IMG/VR virus record: IMGVR_UViG_3300047496_000382
DNA: 64,000 nucleotides
Strand: one strand, 5' to 3'
Origin: a virus
Shown here: positions 19,209 to 28,987 of the stretch, piece by piece
Numbering within the stretch: position 1 is the stretch's first letter
Layout of the letters: each line of letters opens with the position of its first letter
Made by a program: the position numbers and the translations under genes
The notes under the pieces: generated by a model
The model's database searches: none
What the model saw: only the letters and a program-made list of their open reading frames with translations
What the model was told of the DNA's origin: nothing

Positions 19209-20430
19209 GAAGACCGAGAAGAAAGTGGGCGATGACCAAATCGTGGTGCACAACCTGGAGGACATCCTCCAGATGGCGCTGCTGGTCCCGAAGGATGACC
19301 CGCGAGACCCAGAGTGCCGCTGGGGGGCACCCATCTGCCTCTGGGGCTCGCCAGGCATTGGCAAGTCGGGCCGTGTCGAGGTTGCCGGCACGCGACTCCA
19401 GTTGCCTGTGGAGACGGTCTACCTCGCTACGAGGCAGCCCGAGGACATCTCCGGCGCACCGTTCCAGGACGTCAAGAACGGCGGCATCACTATCGAGACG
19501 ATTCTCGGGGCCGTCCGCACACTCGTCGCCGCGAAGAAGGGCGTGCTGTTCCTCGACGAGCTGTCGTGCGCACGACCCGCCATCCAGGGCGCCGCGCTCG
19601 GTGTCGTCTACGAACGCAAGGTCGGCGACACCGTGCTGCCGCCGCGCGTGCGCGTAGTTGCCGCGGCCAACCCCCCGGAAGAAGCCGCCGGCGGCTGGAT
19701 GCTTTCTCCCCCGATGGCCAACCGCTTCATGCACTTCACGGTGCCTGTGCCTTCTCGCGCGGAGTGGAGCGAGTGGCTCATGGGGAACGACGCGAGAGAA
19801 GACGTCAACCTCGCAGCGAACGAAGCGATGGTTGCCCAGAACTGGGACGTGGTCTGGGCACGCGTGAAGGGCGCCGGCGCGGGCTTCATGCTGAAGAGCC
19901 CGGACGACACGCTCTACGCGCTGCCGCGCGAAGGCAGCAAGGACCGCACGCGCGCATGGCGCTCCCCGCGGTCGTGGGAGCTCGGACTGCGCGCAGTCGC
20001 CACGTGCCGAGCCCTGGGACGTCCGGAGCTCGAGCTCGAGCTGCTCACTGGCTGCGTGGGTCACGCAGGCGCTGAGATGTGGGCGACGTACAACAAGAAC
20101 CTCGACCTCCCGGACCCGAAGGAGATGCTCGAGAAAGGCTGGACGCCGGACAAGATGCGCCTCGACGTCTGCCACGCCGCGTACTCCTCGGCCATCAGCT
20201 ACGCGCTCGACCCAAAGGACAAGAAGGAGCAGCGCGCGCGTGCAATTCTCGCGTGGAAGCTTCTGCAGGGCGGCCTCAACGCGAACATCCCCGACATCAT
20301 CGCGCACCCGGCGAAGACGCTCATGAAAGCGGGCTACCGCGCGTCCGTCGATGCGGAGCTCAAGGCTGTGGCGGGTGAAATCACCCTTCGCTTCGGCCAC
20401 AACAAAATCGCGAACATGGTCTCGCGATGA
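19201..20430 (+). CDS. MoxR-type AAA+ ATPase
   Basis: Walker A GSPGIGKS, Walker B LFLDELS, sensor AAANPP, Arg finger ANRFMHF. Confidence 0.88.
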   Translation: MAEKTEKKVGDDQIVVHNLEDILQMALLVPKDDPRDPECRWGAPICLWGSPGIGKSGRVEVAGTRLQLPVETVYLATRQPEDISGAPFQDVKNGGITIETILGAVRTLVAAKKGVLFLDELSCARPAIQGAALGVVYERKVGDTVLPPRVRVVAAANPPEEAAGGWMLSPPMANRFMHFTVPVPSRAEWSEWLMGNDAREDVNLAANEAMVAQNWDVVWARVKGAGAGFMLKSPDDTLYALPREGSKDRTRAWRSPRSWELGLRAVATCRALGRPELELELLTGCVGHAGAEMWATYNKNLDLPDPKEMLEKGWTPDKMRLDVCHAAYSSAISYALDPKDKKEQRARAILAWKLLQGGLNANIPDIIAHPAKTLMKAGYRASVDAELKAVAGEITLRFGHNKIANMVSR

Positions 20431-21929
20431 GCAACCACGAAGAGCGCATCGCAGTCGCGCGCGCCTTCGCCATCTTGACAGCGCCCTACTACATCGCCGC
20501 GATTCACGGGTTCGTGTTCGTGGCGGTGCCCGGGTGTCGCACGATGTTCCTCACGCGGAATCTCATCTGCGGGTACGACCCTGAGTGGGCCGTGCGCGCA
20601 ACGGACGAGGAACTGGCCGCGGACATCATCCACGAGGTGAACCACTTCCTGCGTCGGCACTTCGAGCGGTCCGACACCGTGGCGTACCCAGACCTCTTCG
20701 CTCTCGCCGGCGACCTACCCATCAACTCGGACATGCGAACTGCGGGATGGACGCTCGAAGAAGGCTCCATCTACCCCGAGAGCTTCGACCTGCCCGCCGG
20801 GCTGAGCACAGAGGAGTACTACGAACTCCTGCTCAAGAAGAAGAATGAAGAGGAAGAAGAGGAGAAGAAAAAAGAGAAGGACGAACAGGAGGGCGGCGAC
20901 GAAGAGGGCGAAGGAAAAGGCGGTGCTCCCGGCGGACAGAACAACAAGACCGACGGCGACCAGAAAGGCGCCAGCGGGAAGAAGCCGCAACCGGACCCGA
21001 ATGCCAAGAACGCTGGAGCGGGCAGCGGCAAGCCAGGCAAGGGGCAAAGCACACCCAGCAAAGGCGGTGGCGCGGGTGGCAAGGGCACACCGGTAGATAA
21101 GAAGTGCGCCGCAGGCAACTGCGGGTCCATCGCCGGTCCCTCCCACCCGCTCGAGCAAGCGACGTTGGAGCAGCTCGCTGCAAGTGTTGGCCGCAACGAG
21201 GTCGAACAGAGGGTCATCGAGAAGCAGGTCTCGCAAGCCATCAAGACACACGCAGCGACGAACGGTCGGGGGTCCGTGCCCGCCGACCTTCTCTCCAAAG
21301 CCGAGATGGACGACGAGCCCTCGACCATTCCCTGGCAACAGGAGCTGGCATCGGTGCTGCGCAACACCTCTGGACGCATCCAGTCCGGTGGTGACGACTA
21401 CTCCATCTCGCGGCCATCAAAGCGTTCTGGACTGCGCCGCGGTCTCATCAGACCTGGCCTGGTCGAGCACCTTCCCGAGGTCGGCATCGTCATCGACACC
21501 TCGGGCTCGATGGGTCCGCAGCAGCTCACTGCGGCCGCGCGCGAGGCCTACGCCGTTTGCCAGGCGCTCGGCATCGACGAGGTCTGGTTCTGCGAAGCAG
21601 ACGCCGCCATCTCACAAGACTGGAAGCGCGTCGGTCCTTCCTTCTTCCGCGACCTCGAGATTCGTGGCGGAGGCGGTACTGACTTCGCGCCCGCCATCGC
21701 CAGCGTGGACCGGTTGAACCCCCGACCGGACCTCCTCGTGTACTGCACCGACGGCGACGGCCACGCTCCTAAGCAGCCGCCACCAAATCTCGAAGTCGTA
21801 TGGGCAGTAGTTCCTTCGTACTTCAACCGCGCTCCCGCTCAATGGGGTCACACGGTCATCATCTCCGATGACCTGGGTCGTCGTCGACGCGAGCTCATCC
21901 TCCCAGACGATACAAAGGACACGCCATGA
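20427..21929 (+). CDS. Metallopeptidase-like (HEXXH) plus VWA domain protein (DUF2201-like)
   Basis: IIHEVNH, charged low-complexity linker, MIDAS DTSGS, GGGTDF and TDG; ATGA-coupled to the AAA gene. Confidence 0.85.
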   Translation: MSNHEERIAVARAFAILTAPYYIAAIHGFVFVAVPGCRTMFLTRNLICGYDPEWAVRATDEELAADIIHEVNHFLRRHFERSDTVAYPDLFALAGDLPINSDMRTAGWTLEEGSIYPESFDLPAGLSTEEYYELLLKKKNEEEEEEKKKEKDEQEGGDEEGEGKGGAPGGQNNKTDGDQKGASGKKPQPDPNAKNAGAGSGKPGKGQSTPSKGGGAGGKGTPVDKKCAAGNCGSIAGPSHPLEQATLEQLAASVGRNEVEQRVIEKQVSQAIKTHAATNGRGSVPADLLSKAEMDDEPSTIPWQQELASVLRNTSGRIQSGGDDYSISRPSKRSGLRRGLIRPGLVEHLPEVGIVIDTSGSMGPQQLTAAAREAYAVCQALGIDEVWFCEADAAISQDWKRVGPSFFRDLEIRGGGGTDFAPAIASVDRLNPRPDLLVYCTDGDGHAPKQPPPNLEVVWAVVPSYFNRAPAQWGHTVIISDDLGRRRRELILPDDTKDTP

Positions 21930-22231
21930 TGGTCGAGAAGAAGAACGACGACATCCCAACGGCCGCGATTCTGCGCCAGCAGGTCCAGAGCTACTACGCG
22001 ACCATCGCGGAGAAGAACGCGAGCGAAGGCCGAAGCCAGGCTGCGGCCGTCGGGAAAGAGGCACTGGACGCCGCGCGCAGCGGGCGCACGTTCATCATGT
22101 GGTCGAAGCCGCTCAACGCGCAGGCACTGGAACTCCTCCAAGCGGCGAAACTCAAGGTCGAAGACCTCGGCGAGCGTGTCGCCACCAGCTGGCGCATCAG
22201 CTGGGACGAGTCTCCGGTCAAGGCGAAGTAG
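21926..22231 (+). CDS. Hypothetical protein
   Basis: 101 aa, coupled to the VWA gene and followed by a terminator. Confidence 0.55.
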   Translation: MMVEKKNDDIPTAAILRQQVQSYYATIAEKNASEGRSQAAAVGKEALDAARSGRTFIMWSKPLNAQALELLQAAKLKVEDLGERVATSWRISWDESPVKAK

Positions 22232-22234
22232 CAG

Positions 22235-22279
22235 GAACAGCGGGGTGCCTTCGGGCGCTCCGCTGTTCTTCTAGCTACT
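22235..22279 (+). terminator. Intrinsic terminator hairpin (TTCG loop) with CTAGCTACT tail, probably bidirectional
   Basis: GAACAGCGGGGTGCC-TTCG-GGCGCTCCGCTGTTC between convergent genes. Confidence 0.75.
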
Positions 22280-24357
22280 CAGACTGCTGCTCCCGCGCGG
22301 CGCGGCGCGCGCTGCTCTGGAAGCGGTCGTGTGTCCACACCGGGGTTCCCCTGTCCAGGCTCCCGCATCGACGCCAGCATCTGCTTGACGAGGTCGGCGA
22401 GCTCGGGGCTCTGCAGCCGCAAGTTGCCGAGCGCGACCTCTTGCTGCTTCGGTGGCATCGCCGAAATCTGCTGCGCCTGCATCATTGCGAACGACGGCAA
22501 GTCGACGTTGAGGCGCGCGCCCTCGTTCTGGTTCTCCGGCTGCATCCGCTGCGCACCAGTGAGCTGGCTTGCGACGCCGGCGAGGAAGGTGGCCGGCGGC
22601 ACACCCATCGCCGTCGAAGGCGGCAGCGCCGGCTGTCCCTGCACCACCTGGCCATCGGGACCGACGACCTGGAGCTCAGGAGGCAGCTGCACGCCGCCCT
22701 GCACCAGCTCCGACCCCGGACCGCCGCCAGCGCCCTGCTGCTCCGGACCACCAGGCTCCCCTGGCGCGAGTGGCGCGGCGGCCGCCTGCTGCAGGACCTG
22801 CTGTCCCTTCGCCTGCATCTTCATCATCACGACCTGCGCCTCGCCTTGAATCTGCGCCATGGCGAGCTGCTGCTTCTTCATCGCAGCGAGCTTCAGGTCC
22901 GACTCCTCCATCATCGTGTTCGTCTCGTCGGTCTGCGAAAGGTCACTGTCGGCGAGGAGAGCCGTGTCGGAGATTTTACCAGCGGCGTTGAGCTGAAAGA
23001 AGAAGGCCTTGCGCTGCAGGTCGTCAGCCATCTTGAACGGCTTGAAACGCACACTCGCCTCGGGCCAGCCCATGTACGCAGCGACGTTCTTCATCACGAA
23101 GCGCGCAAGCGCCTTGTGGCGCAACGTGTAGCCGATGAACGCGTTCTCGAGCATGCGCATCGAGACGTTCGTACCGGCGTAGCTCATGCCGCCGAGCAAG
23201 AACTCACGCGGCACGCCCATGCCGACCATGATGTGCTCGGACCACTGTTGAATCTCGCCGGTGAGAAGCAGGGCTCGCCCGTCTCCACCGACGGTCTGTT
23301 GCCCGACGGGCAGCGGGAGGATGGGGATGTAGTTGTTGTCGTAGCGCCAGCGCGCAATCTCGGCAGCAATCTGGTCTCGCCAGTCGACGAGGTTCGTCGT
23401 GGTGTACGGGTCACTCGTCCCGCTGCCTGCCTGCGGGAAGAGGATGCGCAACGGCACGATGTGCTCGAGGAGGATGGCTTCCTGCGCCTTCTTCATCGTC
23501 TGCAGGTAGAAGGCGTCCTTCAGCACGGGCAGCAGCAGCGGCGTGCCCCAGCCACGGTCCTGCGTCGCAAGCGTTGGCCGGCGCAGATGGAAGAAGTTGT
23601 CTTTCGAGAAGATGACGCCCTTCGACTCGCGCATCGCCTGGATGAACACCTGCGGCGTCGACTCGACGACGTCCTTCCGACCCAGCACCACGTCGTTCCT
23701 GATGAGCGCCGGGATGTTGTAGAAGTAGGTGTACTCACCTGTGATGTCGTTGTACGTGATTTCTATGTCTTCGGGATTCCACCGGATGAGCCGAATGCCG
23801 CTCGCGTTCTTGAAGTAGTAGTCCTTCGGGATAGCGTCGCCGAGGAACCCACACTCCGGACACGTCATACGGAACTGGTAGTTGGTGCAAATCCAGAAGG
23901 CTCGAATCTTCGAGGCCTCATCGCGGAAGTTGCAGCGGGTGCACTGCAAGTATTTCTTGAAGGGATAGCTCAGCGAGATGCAGGCGTTGCCGTACGCGTG
24001 GTAGTCGAGCCCCGATTCGACTTGGAACGCGCGGTAGCGGAGGTGGTCCTGGAAGTACTCCGTGTACTGCTTCTTCACCGCCTCATTCTGGTGGTCGACG
24101 ATGATGTCTGTGACCGGGTACTCGCTCAGCTTGAACACCGTCGCGTTGATGAGCGGGTTCGTCATGAAGTAGTAGCGGCACCACTTGAACAGTCCCTTGA
24201 CGGTGACCGGCAAGTACGTGTGCGCGACGTCGAAGAAGGGACTCGGATAGTTGACCCCCTGGACGTTGCCACCACCCTGTGTGCGCCCGCGCGTCTGCGC
24301 GAAGCGCATGCCGCTGGCGGGCCCCGATGCGACTCCGAATCCGCCCATGAACGACAT
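22279..24357 (-). CDS. Probable portal protein
   Basis: 692 aa; N-terminal helical region (YFMTNPLINATVFKLSEYP), central domain with GWGTPLLLPVLK...AQEAI, Gln/Pro-rich C-terminal tail; lies in the head block. Carries CTRC/CPEC motifs. Confidence 0.6.
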   Translation of the reverse strand: MSFMGGFGVASGPASGMRFAQTRGRTQGGGNVQGVNYPSPFFDVAHTYLPVTVKGLFKWCRYYFMTNPLINATVFKLSEYPVTDIIVDHQNEAVKKQYTEYFQDHLRYRAFQVESGLDYHAYGNACISLSYPFKKYLQCTRCNFRDEASKIRAFWICTNYQFRMTCPECGFLGDAIPKDYYFKNASGIRLIRWNPEDIEITYNDITGEYTYFYNIPALIRNDVVLGRKDVVESTPQVFIQAMRESKGVIFSKDNFFHLRRPTLATQDRGWGTPLLLPVLKDAFYLQTMKKAQEAILLEHIVPLRILFPQAGSGTSDPYTTTNLVDWRDQIAAEIARWRYDNNYIPILPLPVGQQTVGGDGRALLLTGEIQQWSEHIMVGMGVPREFLLGGMSYAGTNVSMRMLENAFIGYTLRHKALARFVMKNVAAYMGWPEASVRFKPFKMADDLQRKAFFFQLNAAGKISDTALLADSDLSQTDETNTMMEESDLKLAAMKKQQLAMAQIQGEAQVVMMKMQAKGQQVLQQAAAAPLAPGEPGGPEQQGAGGGPGSELVQGGVQLPPELQVVGPDGQVVQGQPALPPSTAMGVPPATFLAGVASQLTGAQRMQPENQNEGARLNVDLPSFAMMQAQQISAMPPKQQEVALGNLRLQSPELADLVKQMLASMREPGQGNPGVDTRPLPEQRAPRRAGAAV

Positions 24358-25931
24358 CAGATGAACTCCGGTGCTCGACCGGCCGCCGCCGGAGTTGTGA
24401 TTCGCTCAGTAGGGGTCGTCTGCCCCTGCTCGGGAGGGTCTCGCTCCGGAGGTCCCGGAGAGAAGATGGGAGGAGCCTGCCGCTTCACTCCACGCAGACG
24501 GTCGATGCCTCGACCCAGAAGAGCACCCGCTTCACTCGTGGCCTTGCCGGCGATGAGATTGCCTGCAAGCGGCATCATTCCGCCAGCGATATTTCCAACC
24601 ACCGAGCCGATGTGTCTTCCGACCGCAGCCCCGCGTCCCTCCCCGCGGTCATCGTACTCTTCACCAGAGACCGCGCGCCGAGCAGCCAGCGCAGCCGGAA
24701 GACCCACCATCGCCAACGACACAGAGCGCGGCTGTCCGTAACGCTGTTCGTCCCAGCTGGTGCGCAGTGTTCCTGCAGGGTCCTCGCGCAACGCCTTCAA
24801 ATAGCCGGGGATGCTGGTGAGACGCTTGTCTTCGGCTTTCTCCGCCGCCTGCAGACGCTGCTGCACGTCCCCAAGGTGCGCGGTCGCGCGTGCCGCTTGC
24901 CCACGATTCAAGCCAACGACCGCTTTCTCTGCCTTGTCGCGCGCGCGGTGCATCGCCTGTCGCGCATTCCAAGACCCACCGCGCACGCCACGCAGCTCCT
25001 CCGGCGTGAGCATCCCCGTGAGCGAGTGAACTTGCCGCTGCCCGAAGCGCGCGCCGGCGGCGAGAGCTCCCTCGTTCTTGCCGAACTGTGTGAGGTCGAT
25101 GCCGGTGCGCGCACCGAATGCACCGCCCAGCCCCGCGCCGAGGAGGCCACCCGTTGCCGCTCCGCGCATGCCCGCCGACAGGCCACTACCGAGCGCGCCA
25201 AGACCATCACTGCCTTCACTCTTCGCTTGCTGGTACGCCGTACGTCCCGTAGCGACACCACCAAGCCCTGCTCCGAGAAGACTGCCCATCCCGAGGCCAG
25301 CTCCCGTGTTGCGGAGCCGCTGCGCCATCGCGCCAGACCAGCCGGCCTGCTTCGCGTGCGACCACGAGGGGGCGAGACTGTTGAGCCGACTCTTCAGCTC
25401 CTCGCTCTCCTCCGAGAGCACCCGCTGCGCGGTAGACGCGTGCCCCTGCAGACGGCCCTTCACGTAGTAGTAGAGGCCGGGGATGCCCTCCTCGTTCACA
25501 TGAGGGATTCCCTGGACCAACGCCTTCGTCTTCTGACCAAGGCCCTTCGCCTTCGCTGCGAGCATCGTCGACGCCGCGTGCTGGTCCTCATGCATCGTCC
25601 ATCCCTCGGGGTGCGAGTGGATGTGGTAGTTCATGTCTGGGTGCCGGAAGGACTGGAAGCGGTCCTGGCCCGCCTCTGGAATCGCGATGGTCACCGGCCG
25701 GAAGCCGAGACTGTGCACGTCCGTCTCAGTGAGCTTGTCCTTCGGGATGACGATGCGCTTGTGGCCCGTACCTGCGTAGACGCCCTGTTCCTTGAGCAGA
25801 TTCGTGAGCTCGCCGAAGCGCCCATGGAGCTGCGCCATCTGCTCCGGCGCGTAGGGCGTCATCTCCCCGGCAGCGAGCTTGCGGAGCTCGTCGCGGAAGG
25901 CGCCCATCACGTCTTCGTTGAGGTCAGGCAT
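24357..25931 (-). CDS. Hypothetical virion-internal protein with AFxDEL motif and glycine zippers
   Basis: Start moved to MPDLNED; AFRDELRKLA near the N-terminus and GxxxG-rich segments. Confidence 0.6.
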   Translation of the reverse strand: MPDLNEDVMGAFRDELRKLAAGEMTPYAPEQMAQLHGRFGELTNLLKEQGVYAGTGHKRIVIPKDKLTETDVHSLGFRPVTIAIPEAGQDRFQSFRHPDMNYHIHSHPEGWTMHEDQHAASTMLAAKAKGLGQKTKALVQGIPHVNEEGIPGLYYYVKGRLQGHASTAQRVLSEESEELKSRLNSLAPSWSHAKQAGWSGAMAQRLRNTGAGLGMGSLLGAGLGGVATGRTAYQQAKSEGSDGLGALGSGLSAGMRGAATGGLLGAGLGGAFGARTGIDLTQFGKNEGALAAGARFGQRQVHSLTGMLTPEELRGVRGGSWNARQAMHRARDKAEKAVVGLNRGQAARATAHLGDVQQRLQAAEKAEDKRLTSIPGYLKALREDPAGTLRTSWDEQRYGQPRSVSLAMVGLPAALAARRAVSGEEYDDRGEGRGAAVGRHIGSVVGNIAGGMMPLAGNLIAGKATSEAGALLGRGIDRLRGVKRQAPPIFSPGPPERDPPEQGQTTPTERITTPAAAGRAPEFI

Positions 25932-26730
25932 TCGCGAGGAGGGGGAGCTGAAGGTTGAGTCTTGCACGGCTTTCCTCGAGGTACCCGTTGGCGATGGTCA
26001 AACGGCGCAGCTGCTCATCGACGAGCGACGGGCCCGTGGGCGGCGTGCCTGCCGCGCGCACCGCAGGCCAGCGTTTTCGCAGCTCCTCGGTGTCGATGCC
26101 CTCGGCGGGCACGGTGACGAAGTCCGCGGGCGGCAGCGGCAAGAAGATGCCGTCGTGCTCGTACACGACCGCGATGTACGCCTTCATCTCGCTCGACCAC
26201 GCCGTGTCGTCGCGAATGCGGCCAGCGATGTCGCAGCTCACCAAGACCTGGGCGACTGTCGGGACCTGCATCACGTCGAAGTCCGGGAACTCATTGTTGA
26301 ACGCCATCGTGCAGGGGAGAAAGACTTCCCAGCGCTCCCAGTACGAGTCGACGAGGTGCAGGACCTTCAACGCCTGCACCTTCGAGAGGTTCAAGTCGCT
26401 GACCGACGCCGTCTTGAACGAGTCAGGGATGCCCACCTGCAGCGTCTCCGGCTCCCAGGTGAGCCACTCCGGCCCATATTTTTGCAGCAGAAGCATATCG
26501 AGAACGAGCGGGTGCGCGTCGGGGTGCCGCCAGATGTTGTCCAGCGTCACGCGTTTCGGTACCGCCGGCAGCTTTGTCTCCTTGGTCGGAGACTCGTCGT
26601 GGCTCGTCGTCTCGCCCGGAGATGGGTCCGGCACGTCGATGTTCTCCAGCTTCTTCGGTGCTGGCTTTTGCCCCACCGTGCTGAGCGCCGCGAGGAGCTC
26701 ATCCTCGTGCGTGGGACCTTGAGCTGCCAC
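25924..26730 (-). CDS. Hypothetical protein (head block)
   Basis: 268 aa; Trp-rich core HPDAHPLVLD...KYGPEWLTWEPET. Confidence 0.6.
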   Translation of the reverse strand: MAAQGPTHEDELLAALSTVGQKPAPKKLENIDVPDPSPGETTSHDESPTKETKLPAVPKRVTLDNIWRHPDAHPLVLDMLLLQKYGPEWLTWEPETLQVGIPDSFKTASVSDLNLSKVQALKVLHLVDSYWERWEVFLPCTMAFNNEFPDFDVMQVPTVAQVLVSCDIAGRIRDDTAWSSEMKAYIAVVYEHDGIFLPLPPADFVTVPAEGIDTEELRKRWPAVRAAGTPPTGPSLVDEQLRRLTIANGYLEESRARLNLQLPLLANA

Positions 26731-26741
26731 GAAGAAACCTC

Positions 26742-28211
26742 CTAGTACGTGCGCTCGAGGCCGGGCGATGTGTCGTTCGCCATCCGCATCATCATCCGCT
26801 TCTGGTCCAACGGAAGTGCCTTGAAGATGCCCACGGGGTCCTTCTGGAATTCCTTCAGGAAGTCCTCATTAAAGGAGTGCTTCACTGACCACGCGCCGAT
26901 GCGCGCCAGACGCCGAAGGTCTTCCTCGGTGACGACGTCGTTGCCGATGACCTCGCTGAACTCTGGCTGCGCCGTCTTCTGACCGCCGAGCACCGAGAAG
27001 AACGGGTCCGGGATGGTGCGGTCGTAGAGGTGGTCCAGCCCGGCCACCTTGTCGAACTCCCAGAGCGCGAGTGCGACGACTTCGGGGTCGGGTGCAGGCT
27101 CCGCGCTCGCTTCCTTCCACATCTTCTGGCGCGTCTGGTGTTCGATGCCGTTGAGAAGCAGGAGAGCGCCGGTATTTCCGTGGTCGAGCTCGAGGCGTCG
27201 GGCATCGAACGCGACTTTGATTTCATCTTCGGGAGCGAACGTGGAGGAGCCGTACTTCTCGACGATGGGCGCGACGGCGACACTGAGTGCTGCCGCGCGC
27301 TTGAAGAGGTTGTGCGCGAATTCGCGACGCTCCTCGACAGGCATCATCGGGGCGTAGTCGACGAAATACGAGCTGGCTGCCTTGACCTGCGCGTAGCTAT
27401 CGAGTGGGTAGCGCCCCGTCGAAGGAAGCGCGTAGTGCCCGACCTTCTTCGCCGTTTCGTACTTGGGTGGGTTCTTGTCTGTGACATCGACGTGCCGCGC
27501 CTGCGGCAGCGCATCAGGCTGCTCGGCAGTCGGGGGGTTCACCACGTCCGGAAGCACTTCCTTGTCGCCGCGCGAACCAGCGACGAGATGTCCGAGCGCG
27601 GCCGTCTTGGTCACAACTGTCTTCGAGGCGGTACCCGTCGAAGGCGTTGGTACCGAGAGCGGTGCAGTGGTGGTGCCGTTGATTTCACCGAGCTTCGCCT
27701 GTGCGAGAAGACTGGCGCGCTCGTGCGGAGTGACGATGCCCCCGTGCTCTCCCTCCAGCGCGCGTGATGCGGCCAGATTGCCCTGAATCGCCTGGTGCGT
27801 GTTCTGCGCGATGGGAACCGCGAGGCCGGCGCGCATCAGCGCCTCGACACCGAATGCGACCTTCTCGAGGACCTCGGGGACACCGACACGAAACATTGCG
27901 CAGGCCTCCTTGAGGTTCTGCGCTGCAACCTTCTGCGCTTCCGTCGGGAGCTTGTGGCCCGTCTTGAGGAAGAAGTCGAGGGCGAGCTGGGTATTGCCCT
28001 CATCGACGCAAGCGAACTTCCGAATGGTCTCTGTTCCATTCACCAGAACCACTGCGAAAGCCTCGTCCGGAAGACGACTGAGCTCTTCCGTCGTCAGGCG
28101 GTGCGCCGTCTTCACGGAGCCAGGGATGGCGTCGAACGTCGGGTAGACCGACCGGAGAACCGCCCCGTCGAAGTCATCGTGGACATCCAACACAAGCCCG
28201 CTCGTGTGCAT
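26742..28211 (-). CDS. Head-associated protein with K-x-A motifs
   Basis: 489 aa, RBS AAGGAG; KTAH, KVAA, KVAF, KTAA, KAAS, KEAS, KVAG, KTAQ. Two loosely related modules (LPDEAFA..RKFACVD and HYAL..RYPLDS). Confidence 0.6.
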   Translation of the reverse strand: MHTSGLVLDVHDDFDGAVLRSVYPTFDAIPGSVKTAHRLTTEELSRLPDEAFAVVLVNGTETIRKFACVDEGNTQLALDFFLKTGHKLPTEAQKVAAQNLKEACAMFRVGVPEVLEKVAFGVEALMRAGLAVPIAQNTHQAIQGNLAASRALEGEHGGIVTPHERASLLAQAKLGEINGTTTAPLSVPTPSTGTASKTVVTKTAALGHLVAGSRGDKEVLPDVVNPPTAEQPDALPQARHVDVTDKNPPKYETAKKVGHYALPSTGRYPLDSYAQVKAASSYFVDYAPMMPVEERREFAHNLFKRAAALSVAVAPIVEKYGSSTFAPEDEIKVAFDARRLELDHGNTGALLLLNGIEHQTRQKMWKEASAEPAPDPEVVALALWEFDKVAGLDHLYDRTIPDPFFSVLGGQKTAQPEFSEVIGNDVVTEEDLRRLARIGAWSVKHSFNEDFLKEFQKDPVGIFKALPLDQKRMMMRMANDTSPGLERTY

Positions 28212-28276
28212 TCAAGACTCCTTCTGCGCGACAGTACCCGGCGTTTCAGCTCACGCGCAACAGTAACGGCACTGCT

Positions 28277-28286
28277 GGCATAAGAG
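28277..28286 (+). promoter_or_regulatory. Putative phage promoter motif GGCATAAGAG
   Basis: 44 nt before the ATG at 28321, the first gene of the replication block. Confidence 0.55.
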
Positions 28287-28320
28287 AATCGGACAGCGAC
28301 GGCTAGTCCTGGAGGATAAC

Positions 28321-28938
28321 ATGAGCGCAGGCAGCATTCCTGCTTGTTTCGGCAAAGAGCACGACCCTGCCGTACCGCACTGCGCGGGCGGCCCTGACCC
28401 CACGTACCTGCATCCCGTCACGCAGTTGCGTGTGCGTCAACGCTGCGACTTCTACGACGCGTGCGGAGCAAGAACAGCCGCCGCGACGGCAGCGAACCGT
28501 CTGATAGCGCCACAAGCACTACTTCGCCCTCCGGAGCAGCAGCCGCAGGCGCAGCAGGGCCAACCACAACTGGCACCCGGGATGTCCATCCCGTTCAACG
28601 CGTATCTCCGAGCGAGTGCGCTACAAGCAGAACAAACGCGCCAAGCCGCGATGGCTCAGCCACAGCAACAACGCCCGTTCTTTCAGCCACAACAGCAACA
28701 ACAACCCCACTACGCACAGCCGCCCATACCCGGGGCGCTGTACCCAGCGCAGCAGTTCCAGCTCAACTACATGATGCCGGGCTACTTGACCGCGCCCGAG
28801 CAACGCGCACCTGGCGAGTCCGTCTGGTCAGTGGTACTTCGCGAGGTCTTGCGCGCCATCTTCAAGTCCGTCGGTCACACCATCGCGCATCACTTCGACG
28901 CGAATACGCTCAAAGGACCGCCTCCGCCGAACCGGTGA
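28321..28938 (+). CDS. Hypothetical protein with N-terminal Cys cluster and Gln/Pro-rich middle
   Basis: RBS GGAGG; CFG...C...CDFYDAC, a low-complexity Q/P region and a C-terminal amphipathic helix. Confidence 0.65.
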   Translation: MSAGSIPACFGKEHDPAVPHCAGGPDPTYLHPVTQLRVRQRCDFYDACGARTAAATAANRLIAPQALLRPPEQQPQAQQGQPQLAPGMSIPFNAYLRASALQAEQTRQAAMAQPQQQRPFFQPQQQQQPHYAQPPIPGALYPAQQFQLNYMMPGYLTAPEQRAPGESVWSVVLREVLRAIFKSVGHTIAHHFDANTLKGPPPPNR

Positions 28939-28975
28939 CACAGGAGCCCCGGCTAGTCCGGGGCTCGTCACTCAC
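28936..28975 (+). promoter_or_regulatory. Conserved stem-loop element TGACACAG-[stem]-TCACTCAC (copy 1)
   Basis: GAGCCCCGG-CTAGT-CCGGGGCTC; its flanks match the element at 36907. Confidence 0.5.
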
Positions 28976-28987
28976 TCTAGGACCTGC

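Noticed and set aside
20840-21100. GAA/GAG-rich low-complexity stretch
   Set aside because: It encodes the charged linker typical of DUF2201/VWA proteins and is not a DNA repeat element.
21868-24741. 957-aa plus-strand ORF
   Set aside because: Antisense shadow of the probable portal gene; Arg/His-rich and low in information, as expected from GC-rich codon bias.
28530-28780. CAG/CAA-rich stretch
   Set aside because: Coding Gln/Pro low complexity with no regular tandem unit.
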